In this document: piece by piece, positions 35,470-43,935 of the stretch | Numbering within the stretch: the stretch's first letter is position 1 | How the letters are laid out: every line of letters starts with the position of its first letter | Position numbers and translations under genes: made by a program | Notes under the pieces: generated by a model | Seen by the model: only the letters and a program-made list of their open reading frames with translations | Database searches by the model: none | What the model was told of the DNA's origin: nothing | Source of the DNA: an uncultured Gemmatimonadales bacterium | Lineage (GTDB): Bacteria; Gemmatimonadota; Gemmatimonadetes; Longimicrobiales; RSA9 | DNA length: 64,000 nucleotides | NCBI GenBank assembly: GCA_963708135.1 | Contig: OY970192.1 | Coordinates: 4,352,001 to 4,416,000 of the forward strand | Reading direction: 5' to 3'

Positions 35470-37416
35470 TCAGCGTGCTGGCTCGGCCGTGAGGTCCGGG
35501 CGGGGCGCGGGTGCCTCCGCGAAGGCGTCCCACCACATCTCGAGCATCAGGATGGCCCACAGGCGCGGGGCGAGGCCGGGCCGCCCCGCTTGCTGGAGGC
35601 GGACGATCCGGGCGACGGCCTCGGGGTCGAGGATGCCGTGGCGGCGGAGGCGCCCCGGGTCCAGGAAGTCGTGGACGAGGGGACGCAGGTCGGTGCGCAG
35701 CCAGTGGTCGAGCGGGACCTCGAAGCCGTGCTTGCGGCGCTCCACGATGCGGGCCGGCAGGTAGGCGCGCGCCACGCGCCGGAGCAGGTGCTTGGGGCGG
35801 CCGGGCCGGCGCTTGGCGCTGCCGGGCAGGGTGGAGACCCACTCGACCAGCTGGTGGTCCAGGAACGGCGGCCGGGCCTCCAGCCCGACGGCCATGGTCA
35901 TGCGATCCACCTTGGCGAGCATCTCGTCCGCGAGCGTGGTCTTGAGGTCGGCGTAGAGGCGGCGGTTCAGGCGGTCGCCGCCCTCGAAGTGGCGGTAGTG
36001 GGCGCCGAGCACGTCGGTGCGGTCGAGCGCATCCTCCTCGAGCGCGCCCATGAAGGCGTCGCTGTAGAGCGCGCGCTTCATCGGCACATCGAAGTTGGAG
36101 AGCAGGAAGGCGTAGCGCGGATCGGGCTCGAGGAAGGTCGAGCGCAGGAACTTGGCGGTCTTGCGGGCGCGGTCGCGGCCGGGCAGCCGCGGCGTGGCGA
36201 CGGCGGCGTCCATCAGGGCGAGCGCGGAGGCGCGCGCCGCGTCGGGCGTGTAGCGGCGGGCGTGGTCGGCCAGCCGGTCCCAGAAGTAGCGGGAGTAGCC
36301 GGCGAAGAGCTCGTCGGAGCCGTCGCCGGTGAGGACGACGCCGACGTGCTCGCGGGCGGCCCGGGCGAGGTAGTAGGTCGGTACGGCGGAGGAGACGGCG
36401 AAGGGCTCGTCCCAGTGCCAGACGAGGCGGGGCAGGTCGTCGGCCACGGCCGGGCGGACGACGATCTCGTGGTGGTCGGTCCCGCAGTGGCGGGCGACGG
36501 CGCGGGCGTGGGCGAGCTCGTCGAAGTAGCCGGGTCCGTCGAAGCCGACGGCGAAGGTCTTCACGGGCTCCGGCCGGAGCCGGGCCATGAGCGCGACGAT
36601 GAGGCTCGAGTCGAGGCCGCCGCTGAGGAAGGCGCCGAGCGGGACGTCGGCCTCGAGGCGCTCCTCGACCGCGCGTGTCAGCAGGCGGTCGAGCTCGCGC
36701 TCGAGCGCGGCTGGGGGAGGCGGGTGCGGCCGCTCGCGGGTGGGAGCGTCCCACCAGGGCGCGACGGACACGGCGCCGGCGGCGTCGCATAGGAGGAAGT
36801 GCCCGGGCGGCAGCTTCCGGATGCGGCGGTAGATAGTTGCGGGCGCGGGGATGCTGAGGTAAGTGAAGTAGCGGTCGAGGGCGGCGGGATCGATCGAGCG
36901 GTCGATGCCCGGGTGCTGGAGGATCGCCTTGATCTCGGACGCGAAGAGGAGGCGCTCGTCGTCCTGGTAGTACACGAGCGGCTTCTCGCCGAGCCGGTCG
37001 CGCGCGAGGAAGAGCTCCCCCCGGCGCGCGTCCCAGACGGCGAAGGCGAACATGCCGTCGAGGCGGTCCAGGCAGTCGCGGCCGAGCTCCTCGTAGAGGT
37101 GCACGAGCACCTCGGTGTCCGAGGCGGTGCGGAAGCGGTGCCCGCGGCCGGAGAGCCAGTCGCGGAGCGCGCGGTAGTTGTAGATCTCGCCGTTGAAGAC
37201 GACGCTCACGCCGCCATCCTCGCCCGACATCGGCTGCTGCCCGGAGACCAGGTCCACGATCGCCAGGCGACGCATGGCGAGGCCGACGGAGCCGGTGCGC
37301 ACCGCACCGGCGTCGTCGGGGCCGCGGTGGCGCAGCACCCGGTTCATGGCGTCGAGGTGCTCCGCGTCCGCTGGGGACGGCCGCCGCAGGTACCTGACGC
37401 CGCAGATGCCGCACAT
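35470..37416 (-). CDS. asnB: Asparagine synthase (glutamine-hydrolysing)-family amidotransferase
   Basis: MCGICG, HRGPD, FNGEIYN, FLSGGLDSS, TGDGSDELFAGY, KVDR..MA.GLE.R.PFLD. Confidence 0.95.
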   Translation of the reverse strand: MCGICGVRYLRRPSPADAEHLDAMNRVLRHRGPDDAGAVRTGSVGLAMRRLAIVDLVSGQQPMSGEDGGVSVVFNGEIYNYRALRDWLSGRGHRFRTASDTEVLVHLYEELGRDCLDRLDGMFAFAVWDARRGELFLARDRLGEKPLVYYQDDERLLFASEIKAILQHPGIDRSIDPAALDRYFTYLSIPAPATIYRRIRKLPPGHFLLCDAAGAVSVAPWWDAPTRERPHPPPPAALERELDRLLTRAVEERLEADVPLGAFLSGGLDSSLIVALMARLRPEPVKTFAVGFDGPGYFDELAHARAVARHCGTDHHEIVVRPAVADDLPRLVWHWDEPFAVSSAVPTYYLARAAREHVGVVLTGDGSDELFAGYSRYFWDRLADHARRYTPDAARASALALMDAAVATPRLPGRDRARKTAKFLRSTFLEPDPRYAFLLSNFDVPMKRALYSDAFMGALEEDALDRTDVLGAHYRHFEGGDRLNRRLYADLKTTLADEMLAKVDRMTMAVGLEARPPFLDHQLVEWVSTLPGSAKRRPGRPKHLLRRVARAYLPARIVERRKHGFEVPLDHWLRTDLRPLVHDFLDPGRLRRHGILDPEAVARIVRLQQAGRPGLAPRLWAILMLEMWWDAFAEAPAPRPDLTAEPAR

Positions 37417-37523
37417 GCGCGTGGTCCGTTCCGGGCTCGGGTCGAGGGGTGAGCGGGGGGCCGGTGAGCGCCGGCGCGCCGCGCGCAGCGGCGACTTCAT
37501 GTTTCGTACCGGAGGGAGGCGGA

Positions 37524-38750
37524 ATGCCGGAGCGGTTCGGGACGGCCGCGTTCACGGAGCGGTTCGAGGAGGCGCTGCTCTACGCGGCGAGGCACCACGC
37601 GAGGCAGCGGCGGAAGGGGTCGCGCGTGCCGTACGTGGGGCACGTGCTGGGCGTGGCCTCGCTCGTCATCGAGGATGGCGGCGGCGAGGACGAGGCGATC
37701 GCGGCGCTGTTGCATGACGCGGTGGAGGACGCGCCCGCGGGCGAGGCGGCGCGGGTGCGCGGCGAGGTCGTGGAACGGTTCGGGGCGGACGTCGCCAGGA
37801 TCGTGGAGGGCTGCACGGACGCGGACACGCAGCCCAAGCCGCCCTGGTGGCGGCGCAAGCTGGCGTACGTGGCGCACGTGCGCATGGCGCCGGCGGACGT
37901 GCGCCGGGTCTCGCTCGCCGACAAGCTCTACAACGCGCGCTCGATCGTGGCTGACTACCGGCAAATCGGCGACGCGCTGTGGGAGCGGTTCCGCACCGGC
38001 GCGCCGGGCACGCTCTGGTACTACCTGGCGCTGGCCGACGCCTTCGAGGCGACGGACGGCGGAGCGATGGCGGAGGAGCTCCGCCGGGTGCTGAAGGAGC
38101 TGCTCCGGCTGGTCGCGCGGCCGGCGGTGGCGGAGAAGCGGGCGCGGCGCGGCGGGCCGGCGCGGCTGGGTGGGGTCGCGGGGGCGCCGTCCGGCGCGCG
38201 GGTTTCGTCCGGCGCCGCTCCAGGCGACGAGGCGGGCCGGGTGCCTCCCTCGCTCGAGATCGAGCGTCGCTTCCTCTGCTCCGTGGACGCGCCCGAGGCG
38301 CTGGCCGGCGCTCCGCGCCAGTCGATCCGGCAGGCGTACCTCACGGCCGGCGACCCGGCGGTGCGCATCCGGCAGCTGGACGACCGGTTCATCGTCGGGC
38401 TCAAGCTCGGGAAGGGACTGGTGCGCCGCGAGTTCGAGGACGTCGTGAGCGCGCGCGAGGCGGCGGCGCTGTTCGAGGCGGCCGGCGATGCGGTGCTCGA
38501 GAAGGAGCGGCGCAGGCTGGGCCCGTGGGAGGTGGACGTCTACCGCGGCAGGCTCGCGGGGCTCGTCCTCGCCGAGGTCGAGCTGGCCGGCCCGGCTGAC
38601 CCGCTGCCGCCGGCTCCGCCCGGGGTGCGGCTGCGCCGGGAAGTCACGGAGAAGCGCGAGTACACCGCCCAGGCGCTGGCACGGCTGGGGGCGGCCGAGG
38701 CGGAGGCGTTCGTGGAGCGGGCGAGGAGGGTGCCGGGAGTCATCGCCTGA
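37524..38750 (+). CDS. RelA/SpoT-type HD hydrolase (Mesh1/SAH-like) fused to a CYTH domain
   Basis: N-terminal H..Q.RK...PY..H, AALLHDAVED, LADKLYN. C-terminal EIERRFL, IRQAYL, VRIR, R.EFE, EK.R, WEVD, LAEVEL. Confidence 0.85.
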   Translation: MPERFGTAAFTERFEEALLYAARHHARQRRKGSRVPYVGHVLGVASLVIEDGGGEDEAIAALLHDAVEDAPAGEAARVRGEVVERFGADVARIVEGCTDADTQPKPPWWRRKLAYVAHVRMAPADVRRVSLADKLYNARSIVADYRQIGDALWERFRTGAPGTLWYYLALADAFEATDGGAMAEELRRVLKELLRLVARPAVAEKRARRGGPARLGGVAGAPSGARVSSGAAPGDEAGRVPPSLEIERRFLCSVDAPEALAGAPRQSIRQAYLTAGDPAVRIRQLDDRFIVGLKLGKGLVRREFEDVVSAREAAALFEAAGDAVLEKERRRLGPWEVDVYRGRLAGLVLAEVELAGPADPLPPAPPGVRLRREVTEKREYTAQALARLGAAEAEAFVERARRVPGVIA

Positions 38751-38756
38751 ACTGCG

Positions 38757-38934
38757 CCGACGACGAGCATCTCGAAGAAGGAGCAGAGCGCGCCGTAGAG
38801 GCCGATCCGGGCCGTGATGTTGAAGGCTGCGTAGATGCCGGCGGCGACGAACACGGCCTGCAGGATGCCGAGGAGCACCTCGAAGCAGGCGGCCAGCGCG
38901 GCGATCGTGAGGCGCTTGTAGTCCTGCGACGGGT
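38757..38934 (-). pseudogene. Orphan coding-like fragment of a membrane protein
   Basis: About 59 codons with strong host codon bias encoding two hydrophobic helices. It has no start or stop of its own. Confidence 0.4.
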
Positions 38935-39168
38935 CTAGTTCGGCGAGAAGCCGCAGGCGCCGCCGCAGCAGCCCTCGCCCATGCCGCAACCGTCCGCGGC
39001 GGCGGCGCCCGGCGTCGCGGCGCCGACCATCCCGGGCGCGGACATGGCGAGCGAGGTCCTGCGGCCGCCGCAGTCCGGGCAGTCCGCGGGAGCGAGCCGC
39101 TCATCCATGCGGCGCAGCGTCTCGAAGCGGCGGCCGCAGTCGCGGCAGGCATACTCGTACAGCGGCAT
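38935..39168 (-). CDS. FmdB-family zinc-ribbon protein with Cys-rich tail
   Basis: MPLYEYACRDCG..FE...CPDCG; tail GCG..GCCGGACG; GGAGG RBS. Confidence 0.9.
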   Translation of the reverse strand: MPLYEYACRDCGRRFETLRRMDERLAPADCPDCGGRRTSLAMSAPGMVGAATPGAAAADGCGMGEGCCGGACGFSPN

Positions 39169-39335
39169 TCCACGCCTCCGTTAATCGGTCCCGACCCGAC
39201 AAAGATGAGCGCCCGCGCGGAAAACGCCAGAGTTGGGGCCGCCGCGCGGCGGCCCCGAGCTGCCGCGGGTGCGCGGCGCGGATCCAGCTCGGCGGGCCGG
39301 CGGCCGGGGCGTGCTCCGGCGCGCCGGCCCTCACG

Positions 39336-39890
39336 CTACTGCGTTTTCCGTCCGCCGGCGGGCGGCATCTGCATGGGGTGGTCGTAGTTGTAGATGAGCG
39401 TCTGGATCTTCCAGCCCTGGGACGTGTTGCGCGTGAGCACGACGTACTTGCCGTCGATCGTGACCTTCTTGCCGTTCACCGTCACCGTATTCTTCGTTGA
39501 GCCGGTGGCCCAGCCGAACTCGCCGGCGCCGCCCGAGTCGCCCTGGTTGATCTCGACGCTGGGCATCGAGGCGCTGTCGCCGACCAGGCGCTTCACGATG
39601 GCGTCGCGGCCGTGCACCGCGGGGGTGTCGGGCGGCATCTCGGTGGCGTCGTCCGTGTAGAGGTTGCCGAGGCCCTGGTAGTCGTGGTTGTTCATCAGAG
39701 TCTGGTACTGCCTGGCCAGCGAGTCGAGCGCGGGGCCCGGCCTCACGGCGGTCTGGCCGGCCATGCCCTGCTCGCCGGCCGTGCTGTCCGCGTTCGCGCC
39801 GCCGGCGGCGCCTCCGCTGCCGCAGGCGACGAGGCCCGCGCTCGCGACGATCGCGGCCGCGGCCGCGACGACTGAGATGCTCGCCTTCAT
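39336..39890 (-). CDS. Lipoprotein with NTF2-like (DUF4440/YybH) domain
   Basis: Lipobox LVAC; LYTDDA..MPP.....GR.AI, GKY......GWKI. Confidence 0.85.
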   Translation of the reverse strand: MKASISVVAAAAAIVASAGLVACGSGGAAGGANADSTAGEQGMAGQTAVRPGPALDSLARQYQTLMNNHDYQGLGNLYTDDATEMPPDTPAVHGRDAIVKRLVGDSASMPSVEINQGDSGGAGEFGWATGSTKNTVTVNGKKVTIDGKYVVLTRNTSQGWKIQTLIYNYDHPMQMPPAGGRKTQ

Positions 39891-40012
39891 GTGTCCCTCC
39901 GCGTGACGGGGGCGATGCCCTGGATGCACGAAGGCGCCGGTCCGGCGCCTTGCCAGGGAAACTCCGCGCTCAAGGTGGGATGGCGCCTCGCGGGGAGCAA
40001 GGGCGACGTGGC

Positions 40013-42322
40013 TCAGCGCGCGGCCACCTCGAAGGTCGCGCCCAGGGTCGCCCGGGAGCTGGCGCCGACGAACACCCGGAACGTGCCGGGCTCGACGACG
40101 CGGCGGAGCGCCCGGTCGCGGAAGGCCAGATCGTCGCCTGTCAGGCTGAAGGCGACGGTCGTGCGCTCCCCCGGCGCGAGGTGGATGCGGCGGAAGCCGC
40201 GCAGCTGCCGGACGGGCCGGCTGACGCTCGCCACCTCGTCGCGGACGTAGAGCTGGACGACCGTCTCGCCGGCGCGGGCGCCGGTGTTGGTCACGTCGAC
40301 CCGGACGGCGAGGGTGTCGCCCGGCCGGATCCGCTCCGCCCCCAGACGCAGCGCGTCGTAGCGGAAGGTGGTGTAGCCGAGGCCGTAGCCGAACGGGAAG
40401 AGCGGCGTCACGGGGACGTCGAGGTACTTCGACGTGTAGCGGTCGGTCGGCGACGCCGGGCGTCCGGTCTCCAGGTGCGCGTAGTAGATCGGCACCTGCC
40501 CGACCGCGCGCGGGAACGTGACCGGCAGGCGGCCCGAGGGCTCCTCGTCGCCGAAGAGCACATCGGCGAGCGCGGAGCCCGCCTCAGTCCCGGGCAGCCA
40601 CGCCTCGAGGAGCGCGGGAGCGCGCGCGGCGAGCACGGGGATCGCCAGCGGGCGGCCGCTCAGGACCACGACCACCGTCGGCGTGCCGGTGGCGAGCACG
40701 GCGCGGACGAGGGCGAGCTGCCGGCCGGGCAGCCCGAGCCGGGCGCGGCTGCCGCCCTCCCCGCTCATGGCCGCCGACTCGCCGACGGCGACCACGGCCG
40801 CGTCCGCCGCGCGCGCCGCGCGTACGGCCTGCGCGATGCCGGCCGTATCCGCCGCCCCCGCGCGGCTCGTGCCCGCTTCCGCGGCGCGCGAAGTCGGGTC
40901 GCCGATGGCGACGCCGCGCGCGTAGAGCACCCGCGTGCGCGGCGCCACCGCGCGGCGGATCCCCGCGAGCAGCGTGACCGCGTCCTCCGGCCGGCCGAGC
41001 GCGTGGACGGGGCCGAGCGGGTCGGCGCTGTCGTCGGCGAGCGGGCCGAGCACGGCGAGGGCGCGCAGGTCCTTCCGCAGCGGCAGCACGCCGCCCTCGT
41101 TCCGGAGCAGCACCATCGACTCCCGCGCCAGGCGGCGGGCCAGCGCGCGGTGGGCGGCGGGGAGCGGGCCGAGCGCTGTGGCGGAGTCGGCGTAGCGGAA
41201 CGGGTCGTCGAGGAGGCCGAGCCGGAGCTTCAGCCGGAGCACCCGGCGCACCGCCTCGTCCACGGCGGACTCGGGCACGCGGCCGGCGCGCGCGAGCGAG
41301 GGGAGCTCGCGCAGGTAGGTGGTGCTGTGGAGGTCCACGTCCACGCCGGCGCGGAGCGCCTCGGCGGCGGCGTCGGCGGGCGAGGCGGCCACGCCGTGGC
41401 TCTGGAGCTCGGAGATGGCGTCGTAGTCGGAGACCACGAGACCGGGGAATCCCCACTCGTCGCGGAGGATCCCGGTGATGAGCGCGCGGTCGGCCGTGGC
41501 GGGCACGCCGTCCAGCGCCGTGAAGGCCGCCATGACGGTGGCCACGCCGGCGTTGCGGGCGGCGTGGAAGGTGGGGAGATAGACGTCGCGGAAGCGGCGC
41601 TCCGAGAGGTCAACGGTGTTGTAGTCGCGCCCGGCCTCGACCGCGCCGTAGCCGGCGAAGTGCTTGGCGGTGGCGGCCATGGTGGTGGGCGCGGCCAGGC
41701 CCGTGCCCTGATAGCCCGTGACGGCGGCGCGCGCCATGGCGGCGCCGAGGAAGGGGTCCTCGCCCGGACTCTCGACGACGCGCCCCCAGCGCGGGTCGCG
41801 GGCGATGTCCAGCATCGGCGCGAAGGTCCAGGTCACGCCGGCGGCCGTGGCCTCGCGCGCCGCGACGCTGTCCGCCCGCCGCACCAGGGCCGTGTCCCAG
41901 GTGGCGGCCATGGCGAGCGGCACGGGGAAGATGGTGCGGAAGCCGTGGATCACATCGCCCATGAAGAGCAGCGGCAGGTGCGGCGGGGAAGCCATCGCGA
42001 GCGCCTGCATCTCGTGGGTGTAGTGGTAGACATCGCGCCCGGGGAGAACGCCGTTGGTGCCGCCAATGCGGCCGGCGCGGACGAGGTCGCGGAGGTCGGC
42101 CCGCCCGCCGGCGATGGTGAGCTGGCCGACCTTCTGCTCGAGCGTGAGGCCGGCAAGGATCGAGTCGATGCGCGCGTCGAGGGGCGACGTGGCGGGAGGC
42201 GCCTGCGACGGCGGCGGCGAGGCGGCCGCGGCGCAGCCTGCCGCCGCGGCGCACAGCGCGGCCACGGCGGCCCGGCGCAGGCCGGTCGGGATCGGATGGG
42301 CTCGCTGGCTCGGGGCGTTCAC
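40013..42322 (-). CDS. bglX: GH3 beta-glucosidase (BglX-like), lipoprotein
   Basis: DVIHG, ARDPRWGR, GEDP, KHF, VVSDY, PFGYGL, VVQLY, fibronectin-like C-terminus. Confidence 0.92.
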   Translation of the reverse strand: MNAPSQRAHPIPTGLRRAAVAALCAAAAGCAAAASPPPSQAPPATSPLDARIDSILAGLTLEQKVGQLTIAGGRADLRDLVRAGRIGGTNGVLPGRDVYHYTHEMQALAMASPPHLPLLFMGDVIHGFRTIFPVPLAMAATWDTALVRRADSVAAREATAAGVTWTFAPMLDIARDPRWGRVVESPGEDPFLGAAMARAAVTGYQGTGLAAPTTMAATAKHFAGYGAVEAGRDYNTVDLSERRFRDVYLPTFHAARNAGVATVMAAFTALDGVPATADRALITGILRDEWGFPGLVVSDYDAISELQSHGVAASPADAAAEALRAGVDVDLHSTTYLRELPSLARAGRVPESAVDEAVRRVLRLKLRLGLLDDPFRYADSATALGPLPAAHRALARRLARESMVLLRNEGGVLPLRKDLRALAVLGPLADDSADPLGPVHALGRPEDAVTLLAGIRRAVAPRTRVLYARGVAIGDPTSRAAEAGTSRAGAADTAGIAQAVRAARAADAAVVAVGESAAMSGEGGSRARLGLPGRQLALVRAVLATGTPTVVVVLSGRPLAIPVLAARAPALLEAWLPGTEAGSALADVLFGDEEPSGRLPVTFPRAVGQVPIYYAHLETGRPASPTDRYTSKYLDVPVTPLFPFGYGLGYTTFRYDALRLGAERIRPGDTLAVRVDVTNTGARAGETVVQLYVRDEVASVSRPVRQLRGFRRIHLAPGERTTVAFSLTGDDLAFRDRALRRVVEPGTFRVFVGASSRATLGATFEVAAR

Positions 42323-42381
42323 GGGGCTCGCGTTGCGCGGATGTCGCGATAGGCGCGGCGGCTCGACCGCCGCGCCGGCGG

Positions 42382-42397
42382 TGCAACTTGGATGCCC
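42382..42397 (-). promoter_or_regulatory. Putative sigma54 promoter of the GH3 gene
   Basis: Minus strand gGG-CATCCAAGTT-GCa, about 60 bp upstream of 42322. Confidence 0.55.
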
Positions 42398-42467
42398 CGC
42401 CCCGTTCGGCGCTACCTGCTCCGCACCGTGGCCCCCGAGCGGGAGGCGAGCCGGCCGGCGGCCGCGG

Positions 42468-42838
42468 TCAACTGCCGTGCATGGCCGCGGCCTCCGGCGC
42501 GATCTTCCGTCCGAGCGACAGCGGGATGCGGTAGACCACGCTGTCGCCGGCGCTCCGGACCCAGTAGCCGGCGCGGGTCGAGTCCAGCGCGAGATCGGCC
42601 AGCTTGTCGCCGCGGGCGCCGCGCACGAGCACCCGGCGCGCCCCGGTCCCGAAGCGGGCCGAGTCGCGCTGCGCCGGCGTAGCGAACGCCACCGCGGAGA
42701 GGTCGGTCAGGCCGCCGAGCAGGCGGGCGACGCCGGCGGAATCGGCCGCGACGCCGGGCGGCATCAAGCGCCAGCCCTTGCCGGAACGCTCCAGCCGATA
42801 GCCTCCGTGGCCGGCGCGAACCTCAATGGAACGGCGCC
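42468..42838 (-). pseudogene. C-terminal fragment of a DUF4340-like periplasmic protein
   Basis: SIEVRAG..GYRLERSGKGWRL...ADSAGVARLL..L..L.A..F...YWVR....VY. An in-frame stop lies shortly upstream and there is no signal peptide. The family call is from recall. Confidence 0.5.
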
Positions 42839-42979
42839 GTCCGCCGGCAATGCGGTATCGTGTCGGGCTTCCTTACTGGGAGGGCGGCCGGGATGTTCCG
42901 CGAGGCGGGAGCTTGCCTCCGATCCCGGTCAGGGAGTAAGGTCGGGGGGTCGGCACGGGCCGGTGAAGGAGGATACCAC

Positions 42980-43822
42980 ATGGGAGGTGCGCGGCGTCAT
43001 GCCGTGGGCGGATCCCCGGCCCTCGGCGCTCTTCTCGTCCTGGCCGCGGCCGGCGGGGGGTGTGCAGGCCGCACGCCTCTGCCGGCACTGCCGCCGCCGG
43101 TCGCGCTGGTCCACGCCCACGCGCACAACGACTACGAGCACGCGCGGCCCCTGCTCGAGGCGCTCGACCACGGGTTCTGCAGCTTCGAGGCGGACGTCTG
43201 GCTCGTGGACGGGCGCGTTCTCGTCGCGCACGACCGCAAGGACGTCGAAGCGGATCGCACGCTCCAGCGCCTCTACCTCGACCCGCTGCGAGCACGCGTC
43301 CAGGCGAACGGCGGGCGCGTCTACCCGGGCGGCCCGGAATGCGACCTCCTCGTGGACGTGAAATCCGACACCGCGGCGACGTACGAGGCGCTGCGCGGGG
43401 TCCTCGAGCCTTACGCCGACATGCTCACGACCGTCCGCGGCGCGAGCGTCACGCACCGCGCGATCCTCGTCATCCTCTCGGGGAACGAGGCGCGCTCGCT
43501 CGTCGCGGACAACCGGGTCCGGTACGTGGCGCTCGATGGGCGCCTCCCGGATCTCCAGTCCGGCGCGCCGCCGGATCTCGTCCCCTGGATCAGCGCCGAC
43601 TGGGAGAAGCTGTTCGCCTGGCGGGGGAGCGGACCCCTTCCGGCGCGGGACGAGGAGGTCCTCGCGCGCATCGTCGCGGAGGCGCACGCGGCCGGACGCC
43701 GGGTTCGCTTCTGGGACGCTCCCGACGATGAGGCTGGCTGGAGGGTGCTCCGGGATGCGCACGTGGACGTCATCAACACCGACCACCTCGCCGGGCTCGA
43801 GCGCTTCCTGAGGGCGAGGTGA
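42980..43822 (+). CDS. PI-PLC/GDPD-superfamily phosphodiesterase (AIM6-like), probable lipoprotein
   Basis: AHAHNDYE, SFEADVWL, VAHD, LLVDVK, RFW, INTD. Confidence 0.85.
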   Translation: MGGARRHAVGGSPALGALLVLAAAGGGCAGRTPLPALPPPVALVHAHAHNDYEHARPLLEALDHGFCSFEADVWLVDGRVLVAHDRKDVEADRTLQRLYLDPLRARVQANGGRVYPGGPECDLLVDVKSDTAATYEALRGVLEPYADMLTTVRGASVTHRAILVILSGNEARSLVADNRVRYVALDGRLPDLQSGAPPDLVPWISADWEKLFAWRGSGPLPARDEEVLARIVAEAHAAGRRVRFWDAPDDEAGWRVLRDAHVDVINTDHLAGLERFLRAR

Positions 43823-43935
43823 GCGCCGCGCCGCTTGCTCGCCGCCCCCGCGCGGGGGCAGATTCCTGCAGCCCGATTCGCCAACCCCGGCCAACTCCGT
43901 CTCGAGCCGTGCCGGCTCCACCTCCGGGAGGGTCC

